DNA of 64,000 nucleotides, from contig CM052817.1 of NCBI GenBank assembly GCA_028534125.1, positions 104,348,001 through 104,412,000 on the forward strand, in the 5' to 3' direction. The stretch is from Lama glama (lineage: Eukaryota). Positions 35,627 through 49,379 of the stretch are shown piece after piece. The translations under genes and the position numbers were made by a program. The notes below the pieces were generated by a model. That model did no database searches and had not been told where the DNA came from. It saw nothing but the letters and a program-made list of their open reading frames with translations. Positions within the stretch are counted from its first letter, which is position 1; every line of letters starts with the position of its first letter.

Positions 35627-38600
35627 ACAGTTAAGATATTAGAATTTGTTCCCTGTCAAAGGGAAAAACAAGAGGCATCTGTCTTTGAAAAGTTTCAGGC
35701 TGTGAGAGAATACAAAGCAGGCATTTGAGGAGGTCAGAACCCAGCTCAGATTGTCCAGTGTGTCTTTTAAGATGTCAAGGTGGAAAGCATTCCGTCATTT
35801 ATGTCACCTTGGCTCATGACAGTCACGCATGTCTATTAACCTGCCAGGCCCGCTGGGTGAACAGAAATCACAGCTCAAGCTTCTGTCCTTCAAATGTAAT
35901 GATTTACTGCAGGAAATCAGGATTCTTCTTCCAGCTCCTGGGGTGATCATGGAAGAGACACTTTTGTTCTCTGGACCTTGGTTTATTCATCATAGAAATG
36001 AGTAATTTCTAATTGGAGTTAGTTCCTAAGCCCCCTTTGTAGTTAAAAATATCTCATAGAAGCCCAGTGCTTAACTCAGATAATAGTAGACTATCTGGTT
36101 AAACCTGAGCTGGGGTGGGGAAACCTTTTCACGCAGCCCCTGAGGGTCCTCAGAGCCCAGACTGAAGACAGACTCAGGTCCTCCACCTGCCCAGTCCATC
36201 CCAGTCTTACCTAAATGTGACTTTGGGGAAACATCAAGACAACAACAGTGATCAAGACAGGATCCCCTAGTGGGGCCCTGCCTTCCACACTCCCTCATCT
36301 CCCAGCCAGGTGGCCAGCCCAGCAAATCAGGTCCTGAAGATATTTGTTCTTGAAGAAAAATTTTCTGGAAAGAGAAAACGAATGGGAAAAGAAAAGAAAA
36401 ATGAATCAAAAGTGGAAAAAAGTACTAACTAAGAAAATGAATACAACTCTTTGGCTTTTATAATTAATACTTTGTCATCTCTTTCTCTTGACTTTCATCA
36501 TGTCTTTCTTTTCTGTCCCTAGTGAGCGAATTAAGTCACAAACTGAATGAATATATTTCAGGGCAGGAGCAGTTGCTCTGAAATACCGCTTTAACCTTTT
36601 TAATAGGCTGGACTCAAACTCTTTTTCTGTAAGCAGTGACTGCTTTGTGAGGACAATAAGGCATATTAACGCCTGTTCTTGGTGTAATAGCCACTCACTC
36701 GTTGTAGAAAGATGGCCATTTGAATAAAAGGCCATTTAGTGAACAAATGTAAGATAAATTCTCAAAAGTCCACAGTCACGTTGGTCAACAGAAACTTCGG
36801 ATCATTTAAAATACTTGTTTCTCAAGCGATGATGGCAAGACTGTTACATTTCTATTCTTTCTGAAGAACTCTTACTTCTTCCCTTTAATGTTTTACTGCT
36901 CAAGCTTAACAACAGACAAAAAAGCACTTGTCTTCTTAGGTAATACTCTCCTTAGCGTTCCTGAAACTGGCATTCCTGGGATGCAAAAGTGACATCACTG
37001 TTGTGGACCAGAGACAGGAATGGGCAGGGCATCAAAACGACAAGCTAGATTTAAGCCCAGTCAACACTGCTCGTGCTTATTCACTTTCTCTACGGTTTAT
37101 TCATCAGTTCATTGGTGGTAACCATAAAGTAATGCAATGTTGAGTGAAGTCCCTTGTTCTGCCCTAGCTTCTAGTCCCTTCACACGCAGGCACGGGGTCA
37201 GTTATCCAAGAGAGACGGCGAGACCCTCTCAGTCCAGGAGTAGAAGCATGGAGACTGACATTGGCACGTGTGTGATCTCTTGTTCAGAACACATGCTGAC
37301 AGTGAGTGTGTGTGTTTGCCAGTTTACACAATGACCTTCCCCCCAAGACTTAATTTGCAAACATTTCTGATTTAATAAAGATTTGGAATGTAGGAAGAGT
37401 TGAGTTGAAGAAAAAAAATATATTGCAATAATTATCAATTTCCATTTTCATCTTAAGTGTGATTCCCCGGTCTGTGTAGGTCTTCACCGTAACAGAAATG
37501 TGTGGACTCTTTCCTCCCTCTGTGGTCTGTGGTCTCTGATGAAAGGTACTGAAAATCTATTGAAAAGTCAACTCCATTTTTCCTCCTTTCCACATTCTGG
37601 CTTTCTTCCACTTGAAATGTTTCTGCTGGATTTTTCCTTCAAACATATCACACAATATCAGAATCCTAAACAAACTGACCTTAGAGATTTGAACACGAAC
37701 AGTAAGTTTACATTAGACACCTGAATATCAAACATTTTACTCAAATTTCACTCGGTCATTCTCAGAACACATAAAAGTTGGCATTAGGGCCCCAAATATT
37801 TTTTTTCTTGTTAATTTTTTTTAACTTGACTTCCTTTTATACCACTTACTTCTCCAAGAATAGAACGTATATTGGTGCGGTACAAAACCCCTGGGGTGGA
37901 AATTAGACAAACAGTTTTGGATTCTGGCTCCAGCTTTATTAGCTCTATGACTTTGGAGGAAGCTCTTTTTTTTTTTTTTTTGCTCTGTATCTCAGTGCTC
38001 ATTCTTGTCTATGGTCTCTTGTGATGGTCTGAATATAAATTGTACATCAAAGTACCGGTAAGCGCCTTGTTGTTATATCTGTTAAGTAGTATCTGAGTTG
38101 CTTTGAAATGTCACAAGCAGCCTTAAAATTAAAAGGATCTAGATTTACTCCGGCAATTCCGACATACATAGGCCAGGCCAGATCACATAATAGAATAAAA
38201 TCTCTCTCCTTGCTCATTGGAAGGGCAAGGTTGCCACCAGTATATATCTGATAGTGGCTAAGGTGTAGCAATTTGGATTCAGTGGTGACACCCCTTGCTT
38301 CCCTGGGAAGACAGCCTGTGTGCACCTTTACCTGGTGCTCTGTGTCCTCCAGGAAATTTCTCCTTCAGCACCGACTTCGCCAAGCTTGCTCATGCAATGT
38401 TAACCTCACAAGGGTTTATATTCTCAACTGGCTCACTTGTTATAATGGAGATACAGCGTTGCTTCATTTTGGTGATTTTGTTTTCCTTTTCAGATGCTCA
38501 GTGGTCCAAGGTGCCTGCACCAGCCACACCAATTGTTTCACCTCTTGAGCCCCTTTTCTTTCAAGGAAAAGAAAAAACGATTGTTGCTCTGTGATTCACT

Positions 38601-38904
38601 TTTTATTTCCTTCTGCATGATCTGCCCCAAATGATAGGGTCAGACACAGCAAGACCGTTGTGTTCGCTGTTGGTGTTAAGTTTGGAAATTAAGTGCACAG
38701 AGAAAAGCAAAAGACCCAGTGTTGTCAGGAACTCGACATGTTGGGAACCTGTGTCACGGGAAGAGTAGCCTATGAAGTAGCATGTGTGAAGGAGGGACAG
38801 AAACCTCACTGGCTGTAGATATGACTTCCTGCTCCCAGCCAGCCAGCAGAGAGCTGCAATGTCTGTGTCCTTTGTCCTTCCTACAGTTTGGCTCTAAGTC
38901 TGAC

Positions 38905-39110
38905 TCTAAGGTTCTCAACCTCTGTACCTGGCAGGGTGGGTGGGACAGTGTCTGTTGTGAGGGGCCTACTTTTGCATCATAGGATGTTTACCATCTCTGG
39001 CCTCCACCTGCTAGATACCCAATAGCACCACCATCACAGCTCTACTCAGCTAGGAAAACTGAAAACTTCTCCAAACATGGCCAAATTCCCCCTCAGCTGG
39101 AAACCACTAG
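38905..39110. mobile_element. MER20-like hAT-Charlie DNA transposon
   Basis: 'ggttctcaacc...tgcatcataggatgttta...ggcctccacctgctagatacccaatagcacc...tctccaaacatggccaaat...gaaaccact'. Confidence 0.65.
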
Positions 39111-39477
39111 TCTAACAATAAAGGGGAGGGTGAGACTGGAAGCCAACTTGCAGAGTTTACCCTTGGGATCTTTGCTCTCCCTTTCTGCTTCCTTGCCTCC
39201 TCCTTCTTCTTCTAATCTCAGTGCTTCTGAAAAACAGATTCTTATTCTAGTGTTAAGTGTGAAATAACATTTTACATTTTACATTTTATCCAGGAGCAAG
39301 GTCTTCAGCAGGTTTAAATCAAAGCAATAATATTCTAATCGTGACGTTTTAGATGTTGAGCTTTTGCAAGGTCCTGGTGGTAGGAGTGCATCTTACCAAA
39401 AAAGTCTTGGCTTGATTTTCCTGAAAGATTATCCCTGGGTTGCAGCCAACAATCAGTAATCCAGACCTTGTCGCTTC

Positions 39478-40043
39478 TGGGGAGGAAGAAAGTTGCTTCC
39501 ACCCTTTTGGGTTTTTCTGGCTGGTCTAAGAGTCAAACTGACATGGGAGGGATTAATAGGAGAAAGTCAAACCAAAATTTAATAACATATATACATGGGC
39601 AATACCCAGGAGAACCAACGACCCTCTCCAAAGTGGCCAAAACCCGCACCTTAAATACCACCTTCAACTGAAAACAAAAGAGGATGTTGTGGGTAATGGT
39701 TTGTGACTTCAGAGGAGAAGATGGCAATTTCCATGGAGATGGAAAAGCAAATGTTTGGTAAACAAATGTTTGCTGGGCCAGGCAGAGACCATGGGACACA
39801 GAGAACAATGTTAATAAACAGACGTTGCTAGATTCCCACCTGTCTGCACACCTAGTTCATACTATACTATATATGATCACTATACTAGTGATCATGCTGG
39901 TACCTCCCTTCCTGGAACAAGTCCTCCATCTATTTTCTTTCAAGCAGTTAGGGGGAAGGTGATAGGTTCTTCCTGAGTCTTCTGGGCCTTGATTGTTTTC
40001 AGCTTGAAATAACCACCATGCCACAGAGACATATTTTGGGGTG
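39478..40043 (-). mobile_element. ERV1 solo LTR (MER34-like)
   Basis: Shares 'ggtttttctggctggtcta', 'accaaaatttaata' and 'gagtcttctgggccttgattgttttcagct' with 23725-24153. The minus strand starts '...aaatataccaccccaaaatatgtc'. Confidence 0.75.
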
Positions 40044-40299
40044 GTATATTTTGTTCCCCTATATCCTCTGTATTGGCTTTATATTATTAGCAGAGTCACA
40101 TTATCGGTAAAGACCCATTTGTTCTCTGGTACATGATCTCATCTGGAAAATCCAGGATGTCTACTCTTACAAATATCATCCTGTATTGTAGGTATTTGTT
40201 GTTTTCCTCCATACTTTCTGTTCTCTTTTTCCCAGCAAGGGCCATAGATTTTATTTTTCAATAAACCATACTCAGTTGCGGTGATCTGAAAGGGTTCCA

Positions 40300-40602
40300 G
40301 CCCTGACTCGGGGAATGAAGCCCTCAGCACAGGCCTAATCCAGTCAGAGTGGAGATTTTGTTGGGTTCATACGAATAGCAGAAAGCTTCCTTTCCTGCTG
40401 GGCTTGAACCAGGGAGAATGTTCGTGAAAACTACGTGAAACTATCACAGCACTAGGGAATCTCAGGGTGCAACTAGACATGGAGGAGAACAGGGCTCAGC
40501 AGAAAGGGGATGGCAAGTTGGACCTTCTTAAAGGCGCAACAGTATCTCAATCCAGTCCAGTTGGGTTTTCTGTCTCTTGCAACCAGGAGCCTTAACTGAA
40601 AC
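40300..40602 (+). mobile_element. Old MaLR LTR fragment
   Basis: Ends with the MLT1-like 'ttgggttttctgtctcttgcaacc...ccttaactgaaaca'. Confidence 0.45.
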
Positions 40603-41499
40603 ATCCAGTTATTTCTGAAATGCCTAGGAGTCGTCTCTTATTTCATCCACTCCAGGTCCCCTAAGTGACGTCTGTGGTTCTCCTGCTATTGCTGTTAGTC
40701 TGGGCATTGACACAATAAACACTAATGTCCCTGCAAAGGGTGGTATTGCTCCAAGCCCTCAAACCAGCAGACATCAATCCTAATGCATTGTCTTCTCTGG
40801 CTGTACCATAACCATGATCGAGTCTAGGTGAGGTCTTGCTCACTCCTTGTCCTTGTCATGCTTTGTCTTCTCAGTATGAAAACAGTGTTACTTCTGCCTC
40901 ACAGACACCCTGTGAGAACACTTTAGCAGGTCCTGTCTACAGGTCCAGCCACAGGATGCAGACATGAGCTAGTGAATCCCAGAGCTCAAGGTGAACGCCC
41001 ATCTAGGCTTTCCTAGTCCCCAACCCTAGGTCTCTGGGGTATTTATTATAACATCTCTCTTATTCTACAGTCAACAATCTTTCATGAAAACAGAATTGTG
41101 GTGATTAAAAGCAGAGTAGGCAAAAAAAAACAAAACAAAACAAAAACTAAAACACAAAACGCTAGCAGACTCAGTGAAAAGGCATTTCCCTGAACATTAA
41201 AATACTGAAATGTTAAATTAAAACATTTTAAACCATAGTATCCTCAGGAAGAAATCTGAGTGATCAGTGTAGTTCAAAAGAGCGATTTTATCTTATTTTT
41301 CTATTAAATCAGTAAATACAAAAGAATGTTCATTAAATACATTTATGTCTGTATGTCAAAGAACACATGGGAAAAACCTCACATGCTCACCACTCTGTTG
41401 AGTAACCTTGCATAAAATGCCCATACCTTCTATTTTATTGGTAAGGAAAAATTATTTTGCGAAGTTGTTGTGGCAATTTAAATGTCCACCTGCAGGATG

Positions 41500-42915
41500 C
41501 TAATCTTAGCAAGATATCCTTGCCAAGATTCCATATTTTTAAAACATTTAGTTTTTGCTAAATGGGAGTAAAATACTATCTTATGGAGCTTGCTTATATT
41601 GTCTGATTACAAAAGGAGGTTGAACAGCTTTTCACACACCTATTGAACGTACGTGATTTTGTTTTCTTTCCGGCGCCTAAACTATTTCTATTTTTCCTGA
41701 TAGGTTTGTGTATTTCATTAATTTTTAAATATTCTGTGTATATTCTATATATTAAGCCTATGTCAATTATATGTTCTGCAAACGTTGTATTCACATTTGC
41801 AATTTGTCTTTTCTGCCTTTTACAATAATAACACTGAACTCTTATGATGGCCCCAAAATATTTGAAGATGAAGCAACGGAGGTCAAATTTACATGAAATC
41901 TATATATCAGCTTCAACATCGTTACCTCTCAGTCCTAAATATTAAGTATTTTTCTCTACTTATTTAGGTCTATTTAAGGTGTATTTCCATAAAATTTTAT
42001 AATTTCCTCACAAAGCTCTTGCTCACCTGATACTAGATCGATCTATCTATCATGTACTAGAATTTTTTGTTAGTCTATCAATTTGCATTTTATTGTCATA
42101 TATTGATTTTATAGCCATAAATTTTCCAAAGCCTTTTTTAGTTATTTATGATTATTTGGAGATGCTTTTGAATTGTTCTGTTTAAAACTGCGTCTCCTGC
42201 AAAAACTGCCAATTTCACCCTCTCCGTTCCCCTGCCTTTTATTTCTTCTGTTGGAGCTATTTGTGTGGCTCAGTCTCCAAGATCATGTTGCATAGAAGTG
42301 GGGGCATCTGATACCCTAGTCTAGAAAAGAATGTTTTTGTGTACTGCATATTAAGTATAACATAAATATGCCCTAGGTTTCTTTGTAACTGTTCTTGTAT
42401 CATTTATAGAATATTCAATTATATTTTTATTTTTCAAAGAATGTTTATCACGAATTGATGCTGAAGTTTACCCTTTTTTCCTACATTCTTTAGTATAAAC
42501 ATTTTACTTTTCTCCTTAAATCTGTAAATGTGGTGAAAAGCAAGAAATGTCTTTCTAAATTTAATCTACTCTTATATACCGGAGAGAAATACAAATCTGT
42601 TAGTTCTAGTATCTTGTTCTATATTGGTGGATTTGTTTTACTAGCATTTTGTTTAGATTTTTGATCTATGTTTATGAGTTAGACTGTCTATCAATTTTTT
42701 CTTTCTTATGTTCTGGTTTAGGTATCAAGATTATGATAACTTCATAAAATAAGACAGAGGCGTCCTTTGTTATTTTTCAGAGGAGTCTGTGTTGCTTGAA
42801 ATGATTTTCTGCTTTAAAGTTCGGGGGAACTCATCGGTAAAGCCATCTGGGTCTTGCATTCTCTGTGTAGAATGTTTTCCACTATTGATTCAGTGTCTTC
42901 AATAAGCATAAGGGG
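41500..42915 (-). mobile_element. Highly diverged old L1 (L1ME-like)
   Basis: Antisense L1 ORF2/3' motifs such as 'gaggttgaacagcttttcaca', 'ttttgatctatgtttatgag', 'ggtttaggtatcaagattatg' and 'aagccatctgggtc'. Confidence 0.65.
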
Positions 42916-43099
42916 TTTTAGCCTAGGATCCCTAGGAAAGAGAATAGTCTGAAACAATTCATTCACCAGAAGCAGGAGAGACAAAAGGAATGAAACAGTG
43001 CTGGAAGCCGATGTTTGGATGGAGTGATGAGTTAGCCACTGCTTAGTGTTCTTTGCTTGGCTGATTTCACAAAATAATCCCTGAGAAGCTGATTAACCA

Positions 43100-44095
43100 C
43101 ATCGTACTACCAACTCAGTGGATTCAGAAGGTACAGTTGACAGAACTGAATGATGGTTCATGATAAAAACTCTCCACAAACTAGAAAGAGAGGAGAGATT
43201 CCCCTATTTTAATAAAGACCATCTACAATACTTAACAGCTAGCTTTATACATAGCGGTGAAAAAGAACTGCCTACGACGTGGGAAACGCAGGGATAGATA
43301 CCCTCCTTACTTCTATCCAACATTCTGCCAGAACTCCCTGCCAGGGCAAGAAGGCAAGAAAAAGAAATCAAAGTCATAAAAATCAGAAAATGAAGTAGCA
43401 AATCATTTAATTTGCAGATGACCTAATTGTGGAGAAAATCTTAAGGAACCCAAAAATGAAATATGGGGGTGACTAAGTGAACTTAGGAGAGTCAACACAA
43501 AGTCAAAGTATTGAAAAACGATTATATTTCTATTTATTTATAAAAATAATTTAAAATGAAGTAAAAAAAATCAATACTGTTTAGGGAGTTTCTGGTCAAG
43601 ATGGCAGAGCTGTAGGACCACAAGCTCACCTCTCCTTGGGACTACAATAAAACCACAACTGACTACTAAACAACCATTGGGGGGTAAAAAAAAGACCAGA
43701 ACCTAGCACAAAAGATCCTCTTCAACTGGAAGCATAAAGAGGGACCCTCAACGGGATGGGAGGAGGGACGTGCTTGTGATATAATCGGACCCCATACCCC
43801 CGGGTGGGCGGCCCACAAGCTGAAAATCACTACTGTTTACAATAGCATTAAAGACATAAAATACTCAGGAATAAAGTCAACAGAATAACCCATAAAACCT
43901 ACACACCTAAAACTATGAACAACTGCAGTGAAAAAAGATTTAAATAAAATATGAATAGATACACCACATTCATAAAGATAAGAATTCACAAAAACACCAG
44001 TTCTTCTCAATATGATGTGTAGTTTTAATGCAATACCAATAAAAATCTCAGTAAGCTTTTATTTTGGTAGAAATTAACAAAAAGATTCTAGAATA
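43100..44095 (+). mobile_element. Diverged L1 ORF2 (RT region) fragment
   Basis: 'catgataaaaactctccacaaactag...caagaaaaagaaatcaaag...tttgcagatgac...aatactcaggaataaa...tttaatgcaataccaataaaaatctcag'. Confidence 0.75.
43584..43822 (+). mobile_element. Tailless LINE 5'-end retrocopy with 17-bp TSD
   Basis: Begins gggagtttctggtCAAGATGGCaga (L1/HAL1 5' start with YY1 motif) and has no poly-A. Flanks are aaaatcaatactgttta (43567-43583) and aaaatcactactgttta (43823-43839). Confidence 0.8.
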
Positions 44096-44099
44096 CCTC

Positions 44100-45060
44100 A
44101 TCCCGTCTTTTCTGATTAGGTAGATTTTAAACCTTCTCAGTCAATCATCCAAGTCTCTACCCTTCTCTGTTGCATTTTCCTTTCTTTGCTATATTCTTTA
44201 TAAATTTGTTCTCTTATCAGCAAATCTAATGTATTGTTAAACCTATTCCTTGACTTTTTAATTTCAATTATTATATTATTGTATCATTTTTGTTCTAGGA
44301 GTTTAATTTGGTCTCTTGGAATCTGCTGGATAGGTTTTAATAGACTTTTTTTCTTGACTAGTATATTTAATTTCTTCACTTATTTCATTAAAACTTTGTA
44401 ATGTGTTGTCTGTTTCATGCTCCCAGACTCCAAAGCCTTTGCATGTCAAAGTCAGCTGTCGGTTAATTTGCTGGCTCTCATACATGACACCATATTTCCT
44501 TGTGTATTTTGGGTTCTGACTGTGAGCTCATATATCTTGGAACATTACCTGTGGGAATTGTTTTGAGATCTAAAACTAGGTTCCATCAGAGAAGATTTAT
44601 ATTTGCTTCTTCCAGTACCTCAGGGCACTACCAGCTTGAGATCACTTTAAAATAAATTCTCAGCTTGAGATATTCTGGTCCAGCCATAATGTGAATTCAG
44701 GCTAGCTATAGTGAAAAAAAAATCTCAGGGGAACGTATTTTTCCCCTCTTCTAAGTGCTATGCTTCATGAAAGACAATTTTCTTTATAGCCCCCTGAAAG
44801 GAGATGAAATTTTTCTATTCCCTCATGACACTGACAATGTAATCCTTTAAAGCTGCAAATTATGTGTCTCTCCTATTAGACGGAACCATTGGCAGACTCT
44901 GAACTTTGTTTCCTGTACCTCAGAGAGGTTTGATCTTAGAAAGTGTTGATCAGGTTCACCCAGCTTTGAAAATGTGCTCAAGGTCAAAGACCATTTTCAA
45001 TGGTCTACCTATCTCTCTGGATCTGTGCCTTTGTTTAGTTATTGGTCTCTGAGTAACCTC
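44100..45060 (-). mobile_element. Old HAL1/L1 5'-ORF1 region fragment
   Basis: Antisense motifs 'tttttaatttcaattattata...ttctaggagtttaatttgg...tgctggctctca...gactgtgagctcata'. Confidence 0.5.
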
Positions 45061-45287
45061 AGTCTACAAAACTCGCCACTGCTGATGTACAATGAAGAGG
45101 GTGAGGGTTCCTGGAGGGGAGTGACGTTGGCTAACCTGTGAGCAGCATGATACAGACACAGAGGACACAGAGGACACAGAGCCTGAGTCAAAATATTAAA
45201 TGCTAAACATTATCAGAGAGTGTGTTTCAAAAAAAAAAAAAAGTAAGTAAAAAGAGGAAGTGGAGCAGGGAAAGAGCCAAAAATGAA

Positions 45288-46126
45288 GGTGTGAACAACA
45301 GGGATTCTCATTCATTGCTGATGGGAATAAAATATGGTGCAACTATTTTGGAAGGCAGTTTGGCTGTTTCTAGCAAAACTAAACATATTCTCACCCTGTG
45401 ATCCATCAGTTGCATTCCTTGGTATTTACTCAAAGGAATTGAAAAGTTATGTTCACCCAAAATCCCACATGTGGATGATTACTGCAGCTTTATTCATAGT
45501 TACTAAGATGTATAAAGCAACAAAATATCCTTCAGTAGGTGAATGGATGACCTGTGGTACATCCAGACAATGGACTATTATTCAGTGCTTAAAAGAAATA
45601 AGCTAACAAGCTCTGAAAAGACATGGAAGACCCTGAAAATGCAAATTTCTAAGTGAAATAAGCTAGTCTGAAAAGGCTGTGCATTGCATGGTTCCAACTA
45701 CATGACATTCTGGAAAAGGCAAAACTGTGGACACAGAAAAGTGTCAGTGGTTGCCAGGGGTTAGGGAGGGAGGATAACCTAGGATGGAAAGATGGATGAA
45801 ACAGGCAAAACACAGAGGTTTTCAGGGTAGTGGAGACTACTCTGCATGATTTTTTCATGGTGGGTACATGTTACTACAGATTTGTCCAAACCCATAGAAT
45901 GGACAACACCAGAGTGAACCCTAATGTAAACCATAGGCTTTGGGTGATAATGTGTCAGTGTAGTTCATCAGTTCTAACAGTTGTAAGATGTATGCTGTGG
46001 GGCAGGCTAATGACTGTACAGGAGGTAGGCATGTGCGGGGTCAAGGAGTAGATGGGAGATCTCTGTGCTTTCTGCTCAATTTTTTTGTGAACCCAGAATT
46101 GATCCAAAAAATAGTCTATTTTTTTG
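45288..46126 (+). mobile_element. L1MC-like 3' end
   Basis: 'ctcattcattgctgatgggaat...ttccttggtatttactcaaagga...tctggaaaaggcaaaact...tttgtccaaacccatagaat...gagtgaaccctaatgtaaac'. Confidence 0.8.
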
Positions 46127-46324
46127 AAGAATGTCAGTTTTGGTCAGATGCTGTCCTGTTGGAGCAGAAAACACGAGGAGATGAGAAGGGTCAGTACAGA
46201 GCTTTGTGGGAGCCACGTGTATATACAAGGAGTCAGCGTGCACACCTACCAGCAGAGCAAGTTCATGGTGTTAGTCCCAGCACTCTGACCTCATTCAGGG
46301 GTCTTCCTTGCAATTTTTTCCACA

Positions 46325-49300
46325 ATTTTTTTAAATTGTGGTAAAATGCACATAACATAAAACTTACCACCTTAACCATTTTTAGGTGTACAGTTCAGTG
46401 GTAATAAACAATATGCTATGCTACCATCACCACCATCCACCTCCAGAACACCTTTCATCTTGTGAAACTGAAACTCTACACCCATTAAACGTTAACACCC
46501 CATTCCTCCAGCCCTCCAGGCCCTGGCAACAACCCTTCTCCTCTCCTTCCTAACTCTGTGATTTTGACTACTCTGAGGACCTGATATAAGTGGAATCACA
46601 CGGCATTTGGCTTTTTGTGTTTTGTCTGTTTCACTTAATGTCCTCAGGGTTCATCCATGCTGTAGCCTATGTCAGAATTCCTTTCCCCTGTAAGGCTGAT
46701 CAGAATTCTGTGGTGCATACCATGTTTTGTCTACCTGTTCATCCGTCAGTATGTAGACAGCTTCTACATTTTAGCTTTTATGAATAATGCTGCTATGAAC
46801 ATCAGTGTACAAATGTATCTTCAAGATCGTGCTTTCAACTCTTAGGGGTACAGACCCAGAAGTAAACGTGCTGGATTATATAGTAACTCTATTTCTAATT
46901 TTTTGAATTACTGCTGTACTGTTTTCTACAGAAACTATAAGAAAAAACTTTTAAAAGCTGTGCACAAGCATTCCAATTTCTCCACATCCTTGCCAGCACT
47001 TGTTCTTTTCTTTTCTTTTTTTTTTCATAGTGGCCTTTAATGGTGCGAATTGGCATCTCATTGTAACTTTGATGTGAAAGTTCCTGATGATTAGTGATGT
47101 TGAGCATCTTTGCATGTGCCCATTGGCTATTTGTATATCTTTTTTTGCAGTAATTTCTATTCAAGTCTTTTGCCATTTTTGAATTGGGGTTTTTTTTTTT
47201 GTTGTTGTAATTGTTGCTGTGGCTGAATTTTAGAACTTCTCTATATATTCTGGATATTAATTCCTTATCAGAAATTTGGTTTACAGGTATTTTCTCCTAG
47301 TCTGTGGGTTGCCTTTTACTCTGTTGTTGGAAGCTTTTGATGCACATTAAAAAAAATTTTTTTATCAAGTCCAGTTTGTCTATTTTTCCCTTAGTTGCCT
47401 GTGTCTTTGGTGTTAATGCCAAGAAGTCATTGCCAAATCTAATGTTGTGAAGGTTTTACACTATTTTCTTCAAAGAATTTTATGGTTTTAGCTGTTACAC
47501 TTAGGTCTTTGATCCATTTTGAGTTAATTTTTGTGTATAGTGTTAGGTAGGTTTCAAACTATTTTTGCATGTAGATATCCAATTTTCTCACCACCATAGG
47601 CTGAAGAGACTCATCTTCCTCCATTCAACTGTCTTGGCACCTGTGTCAAAAATCATTTGACTGTATAAATAGAGTTTATTACTGCGTTCTCTATTTTATT
47701 TCATTAGTTAGTGTGTCTCTCTGTAGGCCAATACCACATTGTTTCAATTATTATAGTTATAGTGAGTTTTGAAATTAGGAAGTGTGAATCCTCCAGCTTT
47801 GTTCTTACATTTTAAGATTGTTTTGGCAATTTGGGGTCCCTTGAGATTCCATACTAATTTTAGGGTGGGATTTTCTGTTTCTGCAAAAAAAATTCATTGA
47901 GACTTTAACAGAGATTGCATTAAATCTGAAGATCACTTTGTATTGGCATCTTAACAATAAGTATTAAGTTACTCATATCTTAACATTGTCTTCCAGTCCA
48001 TGAACCTGGGATGTGTTTCCATTTTGTATGTCTTATTTAATTTCTTTCAGTAGCATTTCAGAAATCTTTCACCTCCTTGGTTAAATCAATTCTTAAGTAT
48101 TTTATTCTTTTTGATGCTATTGTAAATAAAGTTGTTTTCTTAACTTCCTTTTTGAGTTGTTCATTGTTGGTGTATAGAAATGCTATCGATTTCTGTGTGT
48201 TGACTTTTGTCACACAACAATGTATCCTCATATTTTGTGATTCATTTAGTAGTTCTAATAATTTTTAGTGGAATTGCATTCGTATTCCAAAGTTCTAACA
48301 CATTAATCTGAATTTATATTAGCCTAACTTCAATAACACACAAAAAAACTCGGCTCCTTTACAGCTAGCTCCATCCCTACCCTTTCACTTATCTTTCTAC
48401 TTGCTAGCTTTTAAACTCATAATGGTTTTTCAAAAGTACTAATCTTTTAAATCATCTAGAAAATAAAAATTGGAGTTACAAGGTATTGTTACAATAATAT
48501 TAGATTTTTTAACTGCCTTTATCTTTACCGAGGTTTTTATTCTTCATATGGCTTCAGTTTGCTGTCAAGTGTCCTTTTATTTCAACTTATAGGAATCCCT
48601 TGCATGTTTCTTTTAGGGTAGGTCTATGGTGATACGCTTCCTCAGCTTTTGTTTACCTGGCAATGTCTTAATTTCTCCCTCCCTTTTGAAGGACAGTTTT
48701 GCAGATACATAGCAGTCTCGGCTGACAGGCTTTTCCTTTGTATACTTTGAATATATCGGTCCACTGTGTTCTGGCCCCCAACGTTTCTGATGAAAAACCT
48801 GCTTACTTCTCTCTTGCTGCCGTCAAGATTTTTTTTTTGTCTTTGTCTTTCAAAAGTTTGACTATAATATGTCCCAAGGTAGGTCTCTTTGAGTTCATTA
48901 TATTGGAGTTTGTTGAGCTTCTTGTATTTCATCACATTTGAGACGTTTTTGGCCATTAGTTCCTTAAATGATCTCCCTGTCCCCTTCTCTCTCTTCTCCT
49001 TCTGGGAATCCCACCGTGTGTATATTTTCCCACTTGATGGGGCTCAGCAGGTCCTCAGGCTCTGTTCCTTTTTCTTCAGTACTTTTTTCTTTCTGTTCCT
49101 CAAACTTGATCATTTCCATTGTCCTAACTTCTCATTTGCAAATGCTTTTCTTCTGCCTGTTCATATTTGTCTTTGAATCCCTCCACTGAACTTTTCATTC
49201 CAGTTATTGTACTTTTCAGCTCCAGAATTTACTTTTTGGTTTCCTTTTAGGTTTTTTCATTACTGATATTTACATTTTGCTCATCCATAGTTTTCTTGAC

Positions 49301-49379
49301 TTTCTCCACATCTTTCTTTAGCTCTTTGAGCATCCTGAAGACAGCTATTTTAAAGTCTTTGTCTAGTAGATCTGCCATC
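46325..49379 (-). mobile_element. L1MB-like element: 3' end, ORF2 C-terminal half, then ORF1 remnant; ends at the gap
   Basis: 3' terminus 'ttttttaaattgtggtaaaatgcacataac'. ORF2 remnant MAKDLNRNY...HAKMLNITNHQE. ORF1 remnants lie at 48640-49379. Confidence 0.85.

Noticed and set aside
2694..40043. All ERV1 LTRs lie on the minus strand, suggesting an intron of a plus-strand gene
   Set aside because: The numbers are small, and most MaLR/ERVL LTRs and young L1 ends point the other way, so there is no consistent orientation bias.
45155..45181. 9-bp unit gacacagag repeated three times
   Set aside because: Ordinary short slippage repeat.
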